Source: a virus (lineage: Duplodnaviria; Caudoviricetes). From it: DNA of 64,000 nt. Positions 21,005 through 31,202 of the stretch are shown here, piece by piece (the stretch's first letter is position 1; the number at the start of each line of letters is the position of its first letter). A program made the translations under genes and the position numbers. The notes beneath the pieces were generated by a model. The model was not told where the DNA came from. It saw nothing but the letters and a program-made list of their open reading frames with translations, and did no database searches. Location: positions 96,001-160,000 of the IMG/VR virus record IMGVR_UViG_3300014204_000112. One strand, 5' to 3'.

Positions 21005-21379
21005 TTACGCCTTATGGAAAAAATTGTGTAAATCATTTTCAGTAACAACAGTCTTCTTTGGCAGTTCGAATTCAACGAACGACTCTCTAACTCTCATGCT
21101 TTCAACGTGCTTCCATAAGCTCGGAATGTCATAGCAGATTGGATTTTTATCGATGTCCCATGCTTGAACTTCCTTTGAATCAGAATTTCTCTCGTAGAGA
21201 TACCAATCAATCCATTCGGCTGCGTCCCTGCCATAATATACATTGAACAGCAAGCTTACTGCTCCAACCCATCCGTCCTCGTAATGCATTAAATCAACAC
21301 CAAGTTCGGACAAATCAAAGCTCTTTTTGCTTTGCTTTTCTAGCGTAGTTATTAACAGTTCAAATACTTCAAGTTTCAT
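21005..21379 (-). CDS. hypothetical protein
   Basis: 124 aa; WIDWYLYE. Confidence 0.7.
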   Translation of the reverse strand: MKLEVFELLITTLEKQSKKSFDLSELGVDLMHYEDGWVGAVSLLFNVYYGRDAAEWIDWYLYERNSDSKEVQAWDIDKNPICYDIPSLWKHVESMRVRESFVEFELPKKTVVTENDLHNFFHKA

Positions 21380-21579
21380 CCTAATTCGATTTTAGGTGTA
21401 TTGTCTAATTTTTCAAGAAAGTCCTCAAGCCCAGTTTCGATTCCTGCAGCTATGAGAAGCTGTAAGTCAGCAGGTCCATTGATCTGCTTGTTTTGCTGAG
21501 CGATAGCTAATGCTTGGACTATGCTTCCGGCATATTCATTTGCTAATGCAGGTAAGTCAATGTTATCTGGTTTTTTCAT
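21376..21579 (-). CDS. hypothetical protein
   Basis: 67 aa, overlaps both neighbours. Confidence 0.55.
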   Translation of the reverse strand: MKKPDNIDLPALANEYAGSIVQALAIAQQNKQINGPADLQLLIAAGIETGLEDFLEKLDNTPKIELG

Positions 21580-22087
21580 TCAGTATGCCAATTATTTTAT
21601 CAACGTTATCGCGTAGTCGTTCGATCGTAGCCGACCAATCGCCTATCAGCCAAATGTGATTTTCCTTCGTGATGTAAGGGTATTCAGTTGTCATTTCTTC
21701 GAAATACGGACCGATGTTCATATCATCAATCGCTACCCATGTTTCAACTTCGTCAGCATGCTCTTCGAGCCAGTCCCTTATCTGGTAAGCTCTGTCGTAT
21801 GGCTGAGCTGAACTAAGTTTAGCTTTTCGCTCGTGAGTAGCTCCAATTATCACGTTAGGAATGTTGTAGAACTCGAAGAACAGTCCAAGTTCCTCAAGCG
21901 TGTAGTGCTTCTTCCAATCTGAACTGATGACTACCTTTGCATCCGTACGTTTGATTATTTCTGACAAAGCGTCACAATCTTCCTTTTCCCATGAGTAAGG
22001 GAGCTTGAGGTTCTCATTTATCCTAGGTCCTCTTTCCCAAAAGCCGTAAGCGAGTGGACCGTCTATGTCTACAAATATTACTTTCAT
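21563..22087 (-). CDS. HAD domain protein (Swiss-Army-Knife RNA repair type)
   Basis: FVDIDGPL, VISSDWK, WVAIDD. Confidence 0.75.
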   Translation of the reverse strand: MKVIFVDIDGPLAYGFWERGPRINENLKLPYSWEKEDCDALSEIIKRTDAKVVISSDWKKHYTLEELGLFFEFYNIPNVIIGATHERKAKLSSAQPYDRAYQIRDWLEEHADEVETWVAIDDMNIGPYFEEMTTEYPYITKENHIWLIGDWSATIERLRDNVDKIIGILNEKTR

Positions 22088-22299
22088 TAGTCTATCAGAT
22101 CATGTAATTTTATGACGAACATTGAATAGAGGTTTCTCCTGACCGTCTGCATGGTAGGGTGCTTCTCGCGAGTCAATTTCGCTAGGAACAATTCAGCAAG
22201 CTTGTCAGCGCCTACTAACTGTTGTGGATCATCGCATGTCATGATGACTTTCTTTACCCAACGGTATATGTCCTTGTTCGATTTACCTTTTGCTGCCAT
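22087..22299 (-). CDS. hypothetical protein
   Basis: 70 aa, tightly packed. Confidence 0.55.
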   Translation of the reverse strand: MAAKGKSNKDIYRWVKKVIMTCDDPQQLVGADKLAELFLAKLTREKHPTMQTVRRNLYSMFVIKLHDLID

Positions 22300-22300
22300 T

Positions 22301-22702
22301 TTACTTTACCTCAATGTTAGTTCGTCCATCATTCCAGTACTCGGGACCTCCGTAGTACACAAAAATTTCTTCACCGGCCTTTATGTCTCGATTAGCAAAG
22401 AACTTAAACGTTCGACGGATTTCATCAGAAACCCAATACGCTGAAGCATTGTTGCTATGATTGTACATTGACCCTGCACCCAATACGACAACCTGTTTTG
22501 TTTCAGGAGTCATTGGTCCGTTGGGATAGTTAAATCGATAGTCCTGTAAAAGTGGATTGCTTTCGAACGGTTTCAAGCACAAGTCCAGAAATGGGCATTC
22601 TTCTATCAATTCGCCTGCACTTATATCGTCTATTGCGAACACTCCGAACCTGTGAATTGGGCTTAAAGCTACCTTTATCTTTCGACTTACGAACAGTTCC
22701 AT
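22301..22702 (-). CDS. SET-domain methyltransferase
   Basis: SPIHRFGVFA, MYNHS, RDIKAGEEIFVYY. Confidence 0.85.
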   Translation of the reverse strand: MELFVSRKIKVALSPIHRFGVFAIDDISAGELIEECPFLDLCLKPFESNPLLQDYRFNYPNGPMTPETKQVVVLGAGSMYNHSNNASAYWVSDEIRRTFKFFANRDIKAGEEIFVYYGGPEYWNDGRTNIEVK

Positions 22703-22924
22703 TTAGCTGATGAACTCGATTATTTTTCGATCGAGATCTCCTGCTACTGTGTGAGCTCCGTACTTAGAACAGAAATGCGTGATCAGAGCTCCTCCGTTGA
22801 ATTCGAGATACTGAACGCTCGTCTGATCCTGGTACTCTTTCATCCATCGGTAAGCGTGCATTCGTATGCATTCCTCGTAAATCAGATCTTCAGTGTATAC
22901 TTTTGGTTCCGGTTTCATTGACAT
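22703..22924 (-). CDS. hypothetical protein
   Basis: 73 aa. Confidence 0.5.
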   Translation of the reverse strand: MSMKPEPKVYTEDLIYEECIRMHAYRWMKEYQDQTSVQYLEFNGGALITHFCSKYGAHTVAGDLDRKIIEFIS

Positions 22925-23300
22925 AAGCTAAATGTATTTTTCCTGAGTGATCGCATGGATCCTCTCCTTTTGTTCTGGAGTCAATATGTGACGGATGCCC
23001 CATAATGCAACGAGGTCCTTTGCGAGTTCCTCATCGTAATACGTGCTTCCTTTGTCTTCGTTGATAGTAATAAGGATTCCAGCTTCCTTCACAGTAGTAT
23101 GACTCATATCGATTTAAGAATTTTTTTCATATCGATATTATACTACTGAACTGGTTGTTTGGGTTTAGCTTTGACCTGTGATTTTTTAGGTCTCGGAGGT
23201 TTCTTTTTCGGGTTCTTACCGAATATGTACGGATCGCCCATCTGTGTGATTGCAGCTTGCTGCATGAATTGGGTGAAATTTTCGACGATCCGTCCCATTG

Positions 23301-23768
23301 TTATTTCAATTGTTGACCGAATACCATAGCTAAAATGATTCCGGCTAATGCAGTGAAGATGATCCAAAGGACTCTAGTCACCGTGGTTTTGAAGGAAAGG
23401 ATTTCCTTGTGCTCATCAAGCATTTTCTGGTATTCCTTTTCTTCAGCTTCTTTTTTTGTTTTGAAGGCTTGAAGATCGTGATGTTCAGTAATTAGTTTTT
23501 GAAAATCCTTTTCTTCCGCTTCTGATTTCTTTCTGAATTCGGTGTTCTTATTGACCCGGACAACGATTCCATCCTCAGGGTCAAGTAGCTGACGTTTTAT
23601 GGCACGCAGGTCCTCTTTCATGTCTTCCTGAGTCGAATCAATGTTGGTGATCTTTTCTTGGATCGCCTTCAATTCTCCATTTGGAAGCTGTTTCTTTATT
23701 ATTTCTAAAGCATCAAGGATCTCATTCATCAAGAGATTAACATCGCCATCGCTGCGAGAACCTGCCAT
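23301..23768 (-). CDS. coiled-coil protein with C-terminal transmembrane helix
   Basis: VLWIIFTALAGIILAMVF hydrophobic tail. Confidence 0.65.
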   Translation of the reverse strand: MAGSRSDGDVNLLMNEILDALEIIKKQLPNGELKAIQEKITNIDSTQEDMKEDLRAIKRQLLDPEDGIVVRVNKNTEFRKKSEAEEKDFQKLITEHHDLQAFKTKKEAEEKEYQKMLDEHKEILSFKTTVTRVLWIIFTALAGIILAMVFGQQLK

Positions 23769-23803
23769 TTTCTAACCGAATTTTTTAGTAAAAGTGAGTG
23801 TGC

Positions 23804-24088
23804 TTAGTCTACTGCTGGAGTTTCCTCAGGTTTCTCTCCATCTTCTGGTTCTGCTGGGGTTCCAGCGGCTGCATCAGTATCGTCGAGAACAGTAACGTCA
23901 TCTCCGCCTTCCGTTTCGGTAGCAGGCATTTCCATTTCTGGAGTTGCAGGTTCAGCTGGCATATCTCCACCAGGAGCGGCCATTCCGCCAGATTGAGCTG
24001 CGCAGAATTCTTCGAAATTTAAGATTTTGGTTGAACCTCCAAGATTAGCACCGTCCATGTTAGGTATGTTCATGTTATTGCTGTCCAT
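23804..24088 (-). CDS. hypothetical acidic low-complexity protein
   Basis: 94 aa; TAAATA upstream. Confidence 0.6.
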   Translation of the reverse strand: MDSNNMNIPNMDGANLGGSTKILNFEEFCAAQSGGMAAPGGDMPAEPATPEMEMPATETEGGDDVTVLDDTDAAAGTPAEPEDGEKPEETPAVD

Positions 24089-24161
24089 ATTCGTTAACGT
24101 AATTTGGAGTTATTTATCCTGAAGGAGTGGAACAATTTGAGCCTCGCTCTCCCAAATTGTA

Positions 24162-25085
24162 TTAGGCGGTCAATTTAGTCGAACAGATAGGGCAGGCTTT
24201 CCAGTGGCTTTTCACTTTAGCGCCGCAGTTCGGACATTTTCTACGAACCTCTCCGACCTCGATCGGTTTCGTACTTTCCGGAAGAATCCGGTAAGAATAA
24301 GTATTACAAGCCCACGAATTGAAAGATCCGTAAGTGTCGACCAATTGCTGGTCTGACTTACCTCCCTGTTCTATCCTGCCGGTCTCCAATGATGATTTTG
24401 AAAGTTTACTTCTGACTTTCGGTCCTCGTGGTGAGTCATCTGAAAAACTGTCGCAAAAGTTCAAAGAATCCTGGGAAACATTGTTGCTGCAAGATAAGCT
24501 AGCATTGTTCATGTAATTGCTTACATTCAGGTCGCCAGTCATGCTTGCATTGGCATTGTTTGTGGTGAAAGAGCTTCCTGAGCCAGACACTCCTCCTGTG
24601 TTCGTGGTACCGAAGAAATAGTCATTACGATACAGAGGTTGAGGTGGGCTGATTGTGATCGTTCTTGCTCCGTAAATCCACTGTGTCGTATGACAACCTG
24701 GGTAAACGACCTGTTCATCAAAGAATTCGATCTTCACGAGTCCATTCAGCTGGGCTGCTTCGACTGCTTCGACGGAATTTTCGATTTCGTAGGTGTTGAA
24801 TAGGAACTTGTGATCAACATCAAGAAACCTTTCGAGATATACTCTCTGTCCAGGATTCACGACGATTCCACCACTGGAGACGTTAACTCCATTGATCATG
24901 ATTTTTGCAAGAACTCTTGTTGTTTTGGGGTTCCACAATTCGATCTCGAACGTTGATCCGTTCTTGAGGTAAACATTTGAATCGTAGAGTCTGAGGCGAT
25001 TTCTGTTCACTGTAATGTGAGCAATTGGCCAATTATTGACATTGGAGCGACCCACGTTTAGGGTGCTCGATTGATTTTGGTACAT
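24162..25085 (-). CDS. hypothetical protein with C-terminal zinc ribbon
   Basis: YLERFLD..KFLF; CPNCG...CPICS. Confidence 0.75.
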   Translation of the reverse strand: MYQNQSSTLNVGRSNVNNWPIAHITVNRNRLRLYDSNVYLKNGSTFEIELWNPKTTRVLAKIMINGVNVSSGGIVVNPGQRVYLERFLDVDHKFLFNTYEIENSVEAVEAAQLNGLVKIEFFDEQVVYPGCHTTQWIYGARTITISPPQPLYRNDYFFGTTNTGGVSGSGSSFTTNNANASMTGDLNVSNYMNNASLSCSNNVSQDSLNFCDSFSDDSPRGPKVRSKLSKSSLETGRIEQGGKSDQQLVDTYGSFNSWACNTYSYRILPESTKPIEVGEVRRKCPNCGAKVKSHWKACPICSTKLTA

Positions 25086-25290
25086 AGCTTTGGTGCATTA
25101 TTTTTGCTCATCTCATTGTGACCGTAGTCGATCACTCGAGGGCCCGCAGGCTCGAGACGAACAGAAGAGCGAGGCTCTATGTTCCGATACTATTTATACC
25201 AATTCTTGAAATTTAGTTTTGAAAACTCCTCGTCCAATTTTCCAGTGGAATGACCTTGTCTCAAAAGCGTTGTCCAGTCACCTATACATG

Positions 25291-25521
25291 TCAATCTTGC
25301 TTACCGCTGATCTGGAGAACAGAGTCCATCGGTACTGACCTTCTAGCGAGGAGGTATTGTAAAGCTTTTCGTATCACGGCAGCAATGTATGAACGACCAT
25401 CGTACTTACACTGGTCCCACAACGAAAGATCGTCGTAAAAACAGAATGGGCCATTGATACCTCTCAGCATCTGGCTGAGCTCGTGGCGATCAGCCGGTTT
25501 GTGTCCTTTGAATACTACCAT
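25291..25521 (-). CDS. hypothetical protein
   Basis: 76 aa; 3' end may be disrupted. Confidence 0.35.
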   Translation of the reverse strand: MVVFKGHKPADRHELSQMLRGINGPFCFYDDLSLWDQCKYDGRSYIAAVIRKALQYLLARRSVPMDSVLQISGKQD

Positions 25522-25533
25522 GATGGTTTTTGT

Positions 25534-26010
25534 TTATACTGTACCACTTTTCAAAGTGCCCCGTACTTTCATGATCGCTTTTCCGAGTAAGTTAAGACCT
25601 GGCCATTTGCTTGGTTCCACTCTGATCGCATGATCTGCGTCCATGCCGATTCCCCAGATGCTGTCTACGGGACTCGCTTCTACTATGATTGATTCTCCAG
25701 TATCCATCAGAGCTTCCTTCAACTCGGGATTCTGGGTGAATTTTAGCATGTTACCTTCGTACACGATCCTTTCCTTGTTCTCATCCCATAATTGAGCATT
25801 GAACCCTTGAATTTCACGTCCCAGTTGTTTCTGAACTCGCGGATTGTTCGTTTGCATTATTCTAGCGGCAGTGTTCGGATCTCCCATTAGCATTGCTTTC
25901 TGGTACATCATGTACTGCTCAGCAGTGCAGAAAGTCTTTCCGTTTTCTGTGAATTCGCTCTTGTACCATTGCGAGAACGGACCGTTCCAAAAGAAGTGAT
26001 ATGTTGCCAT
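25534..26010 (-). CDS. NADAR (YbiA-like) family protein
   Basis: FSQWY, AEQYMMYQKA, KFTQN, EASPVDSIWGIG, GLNLLG. Confidence 0.9.
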   Translation of the reverse strand: MATYHFFWNGPFSQWYKSEFTENGKTFCTAEQYMMYQKAMLMGDPNTAARIMQTNNPRVQKQLGREIQGFNAQLWDENKERIVYEGNMLKFTQNPELKEALMDTGESIIVEASPVDSIWGIGMDADHAIRVEPSKWPGLNLLGKAIMKVRGTLKSGTV

Positions 26011-26011
26011 G

Positions 26012-26491
26012 TTAGGTGTGGTCTAGGTGAAATTTTACTGCATCGAGCATTGCGTCTAATGAATCGTGAACGTACTCGCCATTGTCCAACGATGTTTGTA
26101 TCTTAACGTCCATATTACGAGGATAATTTGGGTCAGTTCCAACGAATATCCTGCGTTCTGACCAAGTTTTTCTTTTTTCTCCAAGTCTACCCCATCTTCC
26201 ATATTCAAATAGAGTGATGGGATTAGTGGATCCTTCTGCGAACCAAAACATAATGATGCCAGCTAATGCAAGGTGATGATGCTCCCAAGTTATCTGTTCC
26301 ATCGTGAGTTTTGGCTCATTGATGTCGAAGTACGGTCTCCTTGGGCTCATGATGATAAGCTGTGGAACCTCTATCACCTTTTTTATTGCTATTGCTTGCC
26401 AATCCGGACAATTGCTTATCCCACCAGCAAGAAACAGAGTTCTTTTCGATCTGTCCTTTAAGTAATCCGGTGCTATGAGTATTTCTGCCAT
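26012..26491 (-). CDS. nucleoside 2-deoxyribosyltransferase-like protein
   Basis: FLAGGI..CPDWQ, SPRR, QITWE, PITLFEYG. Confidence 0.8.
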   Translation of the reverse strand: MAEILIAPDYLKDRSKRTLFLAGGISNCPDWQAIAIKKVIEVPQLIIMSPRRPYFDINEPKLTMEQITWEHHHLALAGIIMFWFAEGSTNPITLFEYGRWGRLGEKRKTWSERRIFVGTDPNYPRNMDVKIQTSLDNGEYVHDSLDAMLDAVKFHLDHT

Positions 26492-26492
26492 G

Positions 26493-26963
26493 TTAGTAGT
26501 ATGCGACTATATCCGTGGATCCAAAATGAACCCGAGCTTTTACGTTTATTTTTGCATCCTCTGGATGTGAATCCCAGTAATGATACGAGTACTCTCTGTT
26601 TTGATACTTGACGATTGCGTCTCTGCTATGTTCGCCAGTCTCGAAATTGGTCAAGTGAGCGAACACTCTTTCCATCAATGGCAACGCGAAACCTGGTTGA
26701 TCGTGTTGAGCAGCAATTCGTTCTTCACGCACAGCTTTTTCGTGGTCCAATAATTCTTTTAACGTTACTTCCGTTGTAGGAAGCCACTTGATCTCCGTTT
26801 TCTTTTCAATCGGAGCTAAAGCTTCGATTATTGCTTTTTTGCATTCGGGGCAGTACTCTTTATCCTGATATTCTTTCGGAATGCCTATTGCGTTATAACT
26901 GCCAGACCATTGGAACACGTACTGTGCTCCGCAATTTACACAATAATGAATTGCAATTCTCAT
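26493..26963 (-). CDS. hypothetical zinc-binding protein
   Basis: CVNC...CPEC. Confidence 0.65.
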   Translation of the reverse strand: MRIAIHYCVNCGAQYVFQWSGSYNAIGIPKEYQDKEYCPECKKAIIEALAPIEKKTEIKWLPTTEVTLKELLDHEKAVREERIAAQHDQPGFALPLMERVFAHLTNFETGEHSRDAIVKYQNREYSYHYWDSHPEDAKINVKARVHFGSTDIVAYY

Positions 26964-27007
26964 GCTTCACGTATTTTGAAGTTATTATACCAAAAGTGAG
27001 ATGAAAG

Positions 27008-27568
27008 TTAACGGATGTTCTCCATATCCTCGAACTTGGACAGAATGACATCGACATCGTCCTTCAATCCTGGAGAAACATCGACCATTTTGCTACCTAA
27101 ACTAACTGCACCGTGCCAAATGACGTCGAACTCTTTCGTTCGAGCTACACTAGGATCCTGTTTTTGAAGGTTGATGATGTCAACCAGTACAGTTTGTAAC
27201 AGCTCTTCAGCTGCACGCAAATTGATGGCTTTAGGATCTTCTTCCAAGAATCCGAGATATTCTGTCATCTTTTCTGCCATTTCTTGAAGTTCAGGATGGG
27301 CATCGACAGATGGAGTCGTGCTCTGCGGAGCGCTCGATTTCTTTAATGAGAATTTTGGAACCTTTACTATTACTCCTTCCGATCCGGTCAATTGAATTTT
27401 TGCGAAATCACCGTTAAGTTCTACGACTTGACCTTTTCCCCTGTAAGATTCAACGTAATCACCTTCTTCTATTTCTGGATTATCTGCGTTCTTTGCAAAT
27501 TCGGCTTCTGGATTTTCCATGAATTGATTTACGTCGAATTCTTCGAAAATCATCGTGTGTTTGCGCAT
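27008..27568 (-). CDS. hypothetical protein
   Basis: 186 aa; TATAAATA upstream. Confidence 0.7.
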   Translation of the reverse strand: MRKHTMIFEEFDVNQFMENPEAEFAKNADNPEIEEGDYVESYRGKGQVVELNGDFAKIQLTGSEGVIVKVPKFSLKKSSAPQSTTPSVDAHPELQEMAEKMTEYLGFLEEDPKAINLRAAEELLQTVLVDIINLQKQDPSVARTKEFDVIWHGAVSLGSKMVDVSPGLKDDVDVILSKFEDMENIR

Positions 27569-27586
27569 GATGATGGAGTATTTTGA

Positions 27587-27715
27587 TTATTTATACTCCA
27601 CCTTCACTCTGGACCTGAATTCTATTGGAAATTGATCTCCTGCTGCTTGGAATAGGTCGGCGAAGCATCCATCGACTAAATAAGTTACAGCCCAATCGTC
27701 CGGAGTCCTTACTGA
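27587..27715 (-). pseudogene. orphaned alternative C-terminus of the DinG-like helicase
   Basis: Translates SVRTPDDWAVTYLVDGCFADLF..., paralleling the helicase end SIRHKDDWAVTYLVDGCFSDLF. Confidence 0.8.
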
Positions 27716-27725
27716 CCACATAATC

Positions 27726-28493
27726 TCAATGTTCTAAATATTTCCAATTGCTAAATTTTGAACTTAATAATCTATATCTAATTGTCGTTACGGCTAACAT
27801 CAGTTGGTTAGAGGCATCGTGCAAACTTTCATAGATGATTTCGTCTATTTGAATTCTTTTTTTATTTGGTCCCGGCCGATTTTTGCTAGCTTTTCCAATA
27901 TTGCATTTATGTTCTTCAGTAAATGGTTTTTTAGACTTTCCCTTAAGCCTATCGGAAATTGTCTTCCTGCCAATTTCGCTCTTACTGTATTCTATCAGTT
28001 TTTTAGTAGCTATAGACCTACCGTTGCGTTCTTTTTCGGTATACCCATCAGTCTGCCATCTTTCACTTTTAGTTTTTGCTGCCTTTTTGCCACTTAGCAA
28101 TCTGCGTGATTTATCAATTCGAAAATTAATATCTCTCATGAGTTGACAAAATTCAGGTGATCGTTTTTTGCCAGTATTTGAGAGTTTTCGTTTTTCAATT
28201 ATTTGCATTCGATTTGGATGATTAGTTAATGTATCACCGCCTGTTCCACCACTTGCTATATTATAACCATTTACTTGAGAATTTAAGTTTTTAATCCAAA
28301 ATTTTTCTCTTTCACATAGGCTCTTTTTATTATTACATGTTTCTAAGACTTCCTTTTTAAAATTTTCCAATCCGTATTTTTTAATAGCTAATTTTATAAT
28401 CTTACCAGAACCGAAATAATTCGCTCTATCTTTTTCATCCTTACCTATGTAAAATTTTCCAGTTATTAAATTCGTAATTTTATAGATTTGCAT
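27726..28493 (-). CDS. GIY-YIG homing endonuclease with NUMOD repeats
   Basis: QIYKITNL...FYIG, YFGSG, GYNIASGG. Confidence 0.9.
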   Translation of the reverse strand: MQIYKITNLITGKFYIGKDEKDRANYFGSGKIIKLAIKKYGLENFKKEVLETCNNKKSLCEREKFWIKNLNSQVNGYNIASGGTGGDTLTNHPNRMQIIEKRKLSNTGKKRSPEFCQLMRDINFRIDKSRRLLSGKKAAKTKSERWQTDGYTEKERNGRSIATKKLIEYSKSEIGRKTISDRLKGKSKKPFTEEHKCNIGKASKNRPGPNKKRIQIDEIIYESLHDASNQLMLAVTTIRYRLLSSKFSNWKYLEH

Positions 28494-28531
28494 GTGAGTT
28501 TGTTTTTATTTATATAACTCACATAATGGTT

Positions 28532-30274
28532 TTACTTACGTACCATAGTTAATCTATTTTTAATTAAATCATCGTTGTGCAAGTCAGACTCACGAAATAA
28601 ATCCGAAAAGCAACCGTCGACCAAGTAAGTGACAGCCCAATCATCTTTATGTCTAATACTACGACCTAGTCCCTGCAGTACGGAAATTTGTGTCTTCCAG
28701 GTGTACCACTTTTGCGAGAACTTGAGCTTTGCAGCTACATACTTGTCACCGAGATGGGGGTACGGAACTTTCATGAACACCTGGAAGCGAGAAAGTTCGT
28801 CGATTAGGTTCAAACCTTCGAGCAAGGAAGGACCCATGAGGACCAGTCCCTGTTTCTTCTTCATTTTCTTCAGCATCGTGTCCTTCTCTTCCGATCCTTT
28901 GTACAGCAGGACCCTCTTGCTCACATTTTTGGGTAAAGCCTTCCACAATTTCTGGCCAAGCTCATAAGAACCAGTGTGAATTATTCCGGAATCCTCTGGG
29001 TGTGAGTTAAGTATGTTCACGAGGGTGTTTACTCCCCATTCGAAGTTATCCTCTAGGAATCTGGCAGACATTTTCTTGCCTGGATAGTAAATGATTGGCG
29101 AATTCTCCCAATTGAAATGAGAATCCATCTTGAAGTACTTAGCATTCTTTATTCCGTGATTGCGCATGAAGTCTGCTGGATTGCCCATCGTTGCAGTCAT
29201 TAACAACTTGAAACCGAATTGATTGAAGAAGTGTTTTCCCAAGAGGTAGTACTCATCGATGCAGTTAAAAACTATGCTCGTATCGTTCGGGTTTTTCACC
29301 ATCTTCTCGACTCCGACCTTGTCAATGATCTCGCAGTAATCTTCGAGCTTGCAGTGAACGTCCTTGCACCAGTCAGTGAGATTGAACACGACAAGCCAAT
29401 CCTTAGGCACGTCTCGTCCTTCGAATTCCCTTCCTGCTACTTCGCGAATGTCTGCGGTTGCTCCGACTACTCTCTCGTAAATCTTAGTGATTTCTTTCAG
29501 TTTTTCTAGCAGAACTCGGTTATCTTCTTCAGCGTACACATCATCGACTAAAGCTGTGAGCCTTTCGATGTCAATTCGTGGAAGTCTCAAGCCGATGTCG
29601 AACATGTCGCTTATCAGCTTCTCAACTTTCTTGTAGACTTCTCTTGAAACTATTGGGCTGAAATGACTTTGGGCGATGTCGAGTATCTTGTGAGCTTCAT
29701 CGCATACGACGAAGTCCCTCTTTGCAAATGGTGGCTGCTTGCCGTTCTCTACTTGTTTCTTGTCAACGTAATTCCTTTGAATGAGAGCGTACGGATAGGT
29801 CAGTAAAGCGAGAGGAGATCTGATTGCTTTTCTTCTTGCCATCAAGTAACCGCAGTGCTTGAAACAGGTCAAGGATTCGGCAGCATCGTAGGAAATTCCC
29901 TTGCTCTTGCAGTCTCCAACTGAGAACTTCTCGCCGTTGACCGCACAGTTGTAATTGTCAACGCCCTTTATGTTTCCCCAGTTCCATAACTGCATTTTCT
30001 TGAAGTCATTGACGTACTGCTGGTGGAGAACTAAATCTGACGCTAGAATGTAACCTCGTTTACTGTGATTTGTTAACACGCCTGCGACTATCATAGCGAT
30101 CCAACTTTTTCCACTCCCAGTAGGAGCATCCAATAAATAAATTCCATTTGGATTTTCAAAATAAGATTGAAGTATATCAATGATAATTTCCATTTGTTGT
30201 GGTCTAAATTTAAAATTAGAACCTAACTGCGTTTCTGTGAATTTCAATATTTCCTTTTCGAAATCAATTTCCAT
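28532..30274 (-). CDS. DinG/Rad3-like SF2 helicase
   Basis: APTGSGKS, four Cys of an Fe-S region, CDEAH, MTAT, KVPYP, QGLGRSIR. Confidence 0.85.
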   Translation of the reverse strand: MEIDFEKEILKFTETQLGSNFKFRPQQMEIIIDILQSYFENPNGIYLLDAPTGSGKSWIAMIVAGVLTNHSKRGYILASDLVLHQQYVNDFKKMQLWNWGNIKGVDNYNCAVNGEKFSVGDCKSKGISYDAAESLTCFKHCGYLMARRKAIRSPLALLTYPYALIQRNYVDKKQVENGKQPPFAKRDFVVCDEAHKILDIAQSHFSPIVSREVYKKVEKLISDMFDIGLRLPRIDIERLTALVDDVYAEEDNRVLLEKLKEITKIYERVVGATADIREVAGREFEGRDVPKDWLVVFNLTDWCKDVHCKLEDYCEIIDKVGVEKMVKNPNDTSIVFNCIDEYYLLGKHFFNQFGFKLLMTATMGNPADFMRNHGIKNAKYFKMDSHFNWENSPIIYYPGKKMSARFLEDNFEWGVNTLVNILNSHPEDSGIIHTGSYELGQKLWKALPKNVSKRVLLYKGSEEKDTMLKKMKKKQGLVLMGPSLLEGLNLIDELSRFQVFMKVPYPHLGDKYVAAKLKFSQKWYTWKTQISVLQGLGRSIRHKDDWAVTYLVDGCFSDLFRESDLHNDDLIKNRLTMVRK

Positions 30275-31202
30275 AGCTTAAAAACTTTAAACATTTTTCA
30301 ATACACATCGAAGGTTCTTTTAAATAATCGCTCTCCCAAATCGTTAATATCTTATACCCCAATCTATTAGCAACTCGACGCTTTATTATGTCTTTTTTCC
30401 AAAGATCATTAGCCGACAATCCATTACGAACTATCGTATTTTTTGAAAATTTCTTCGGATTGGCGTGCCAGTAATCTCCATTATACTCTATTATTTTTTT
30501 ATGTTCTATATCGCATAAATCAAAATAGTAATACTGTACGCCATCAAATATCTTCAATTGGTTTTTTCCGAACAACAGAGGCTTTCCTAGTTTTTCTTGT
30601 AAAGTTTCAGCCAATTGCAATTCTGAAGAAGACGTTACTTTCCAAACTTTTGTTTTTGGAGATTTAGAAAATTTTCCAGCACGGTACTGGGTTTCCATTT
30701 TTGTGCTCCAACTCGCATTAGTTTTCTCATATCGTTCCGTTCCAACTTTTTCCCCGTATTTTTCAATGTATTTTCGTTTAAGACGAGTACTTTGCCTTTC
30801 TTTTAAGGCTGAGATTGCATCTGTTTCAGAATATCCCTTGTCCAAGAAATACTGGATAGTTGTATTAGATTTGTGATTTTTTACTTTTTTCTCTTGTACT
30901 ACTTGAAATTCTCTAACCTTATTAATGGCTTCGATATTAGAATAACCTCTAGCTTTCCAAAATTCAACGGTCACTGGAAATTTTATTAGATTTCCACACA
31001 ATTTAGAGCACGTTTTATGAGGATACCCGAATCTAACGAATGGCGTTTCGTTTCCACACACAACGCATATTCCTTCGTTAGGAATTTTCAAATATTCATC
31101 GTAATACTCCTTAGTGGTTATTTTGTGTGTGTATTTAATGTGTTTTGATAAACCGTTGACGGTTGTAAAATTCCTATTGCATAATTTACATGAAGTTTCC
31201 AT
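30264..31202 (-). CDS. Vsr/DUF559-like putative homing endonuclease with zinc fingers
   Basis: C2H2 N-terminus; IIEYNGDYWHANP, GYKILTIWE. Confidence 0.8.
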   Translation of the reverse strand: METSCKLCNRNFTTVNGLSKHIKYTHKITTKEYYDEYLKIPNEGICVVCGNETPFVRFGYPHKTCSKLCGNLIKFPVTVEFWKARGYSNIEAINKVREFQVVQEKKVKNHKSNTTIQYFLDKGYSETDAISALKERQSTRLKRKYIEKYGEKVGTERYEKTNASWSTKMETQYRAGKFSKSPKTKVWKVTSSSELQLAETLQEKLGKPLLFGKNQLKIFDGVQYYYFDLCDIEHKKIIEYNGDYWHANPKKFSKNTIVRNGLSANDLWKKDIIKRRVANRLGYKILTIWESDYLKEPSMCIEKCLKFLSYGN

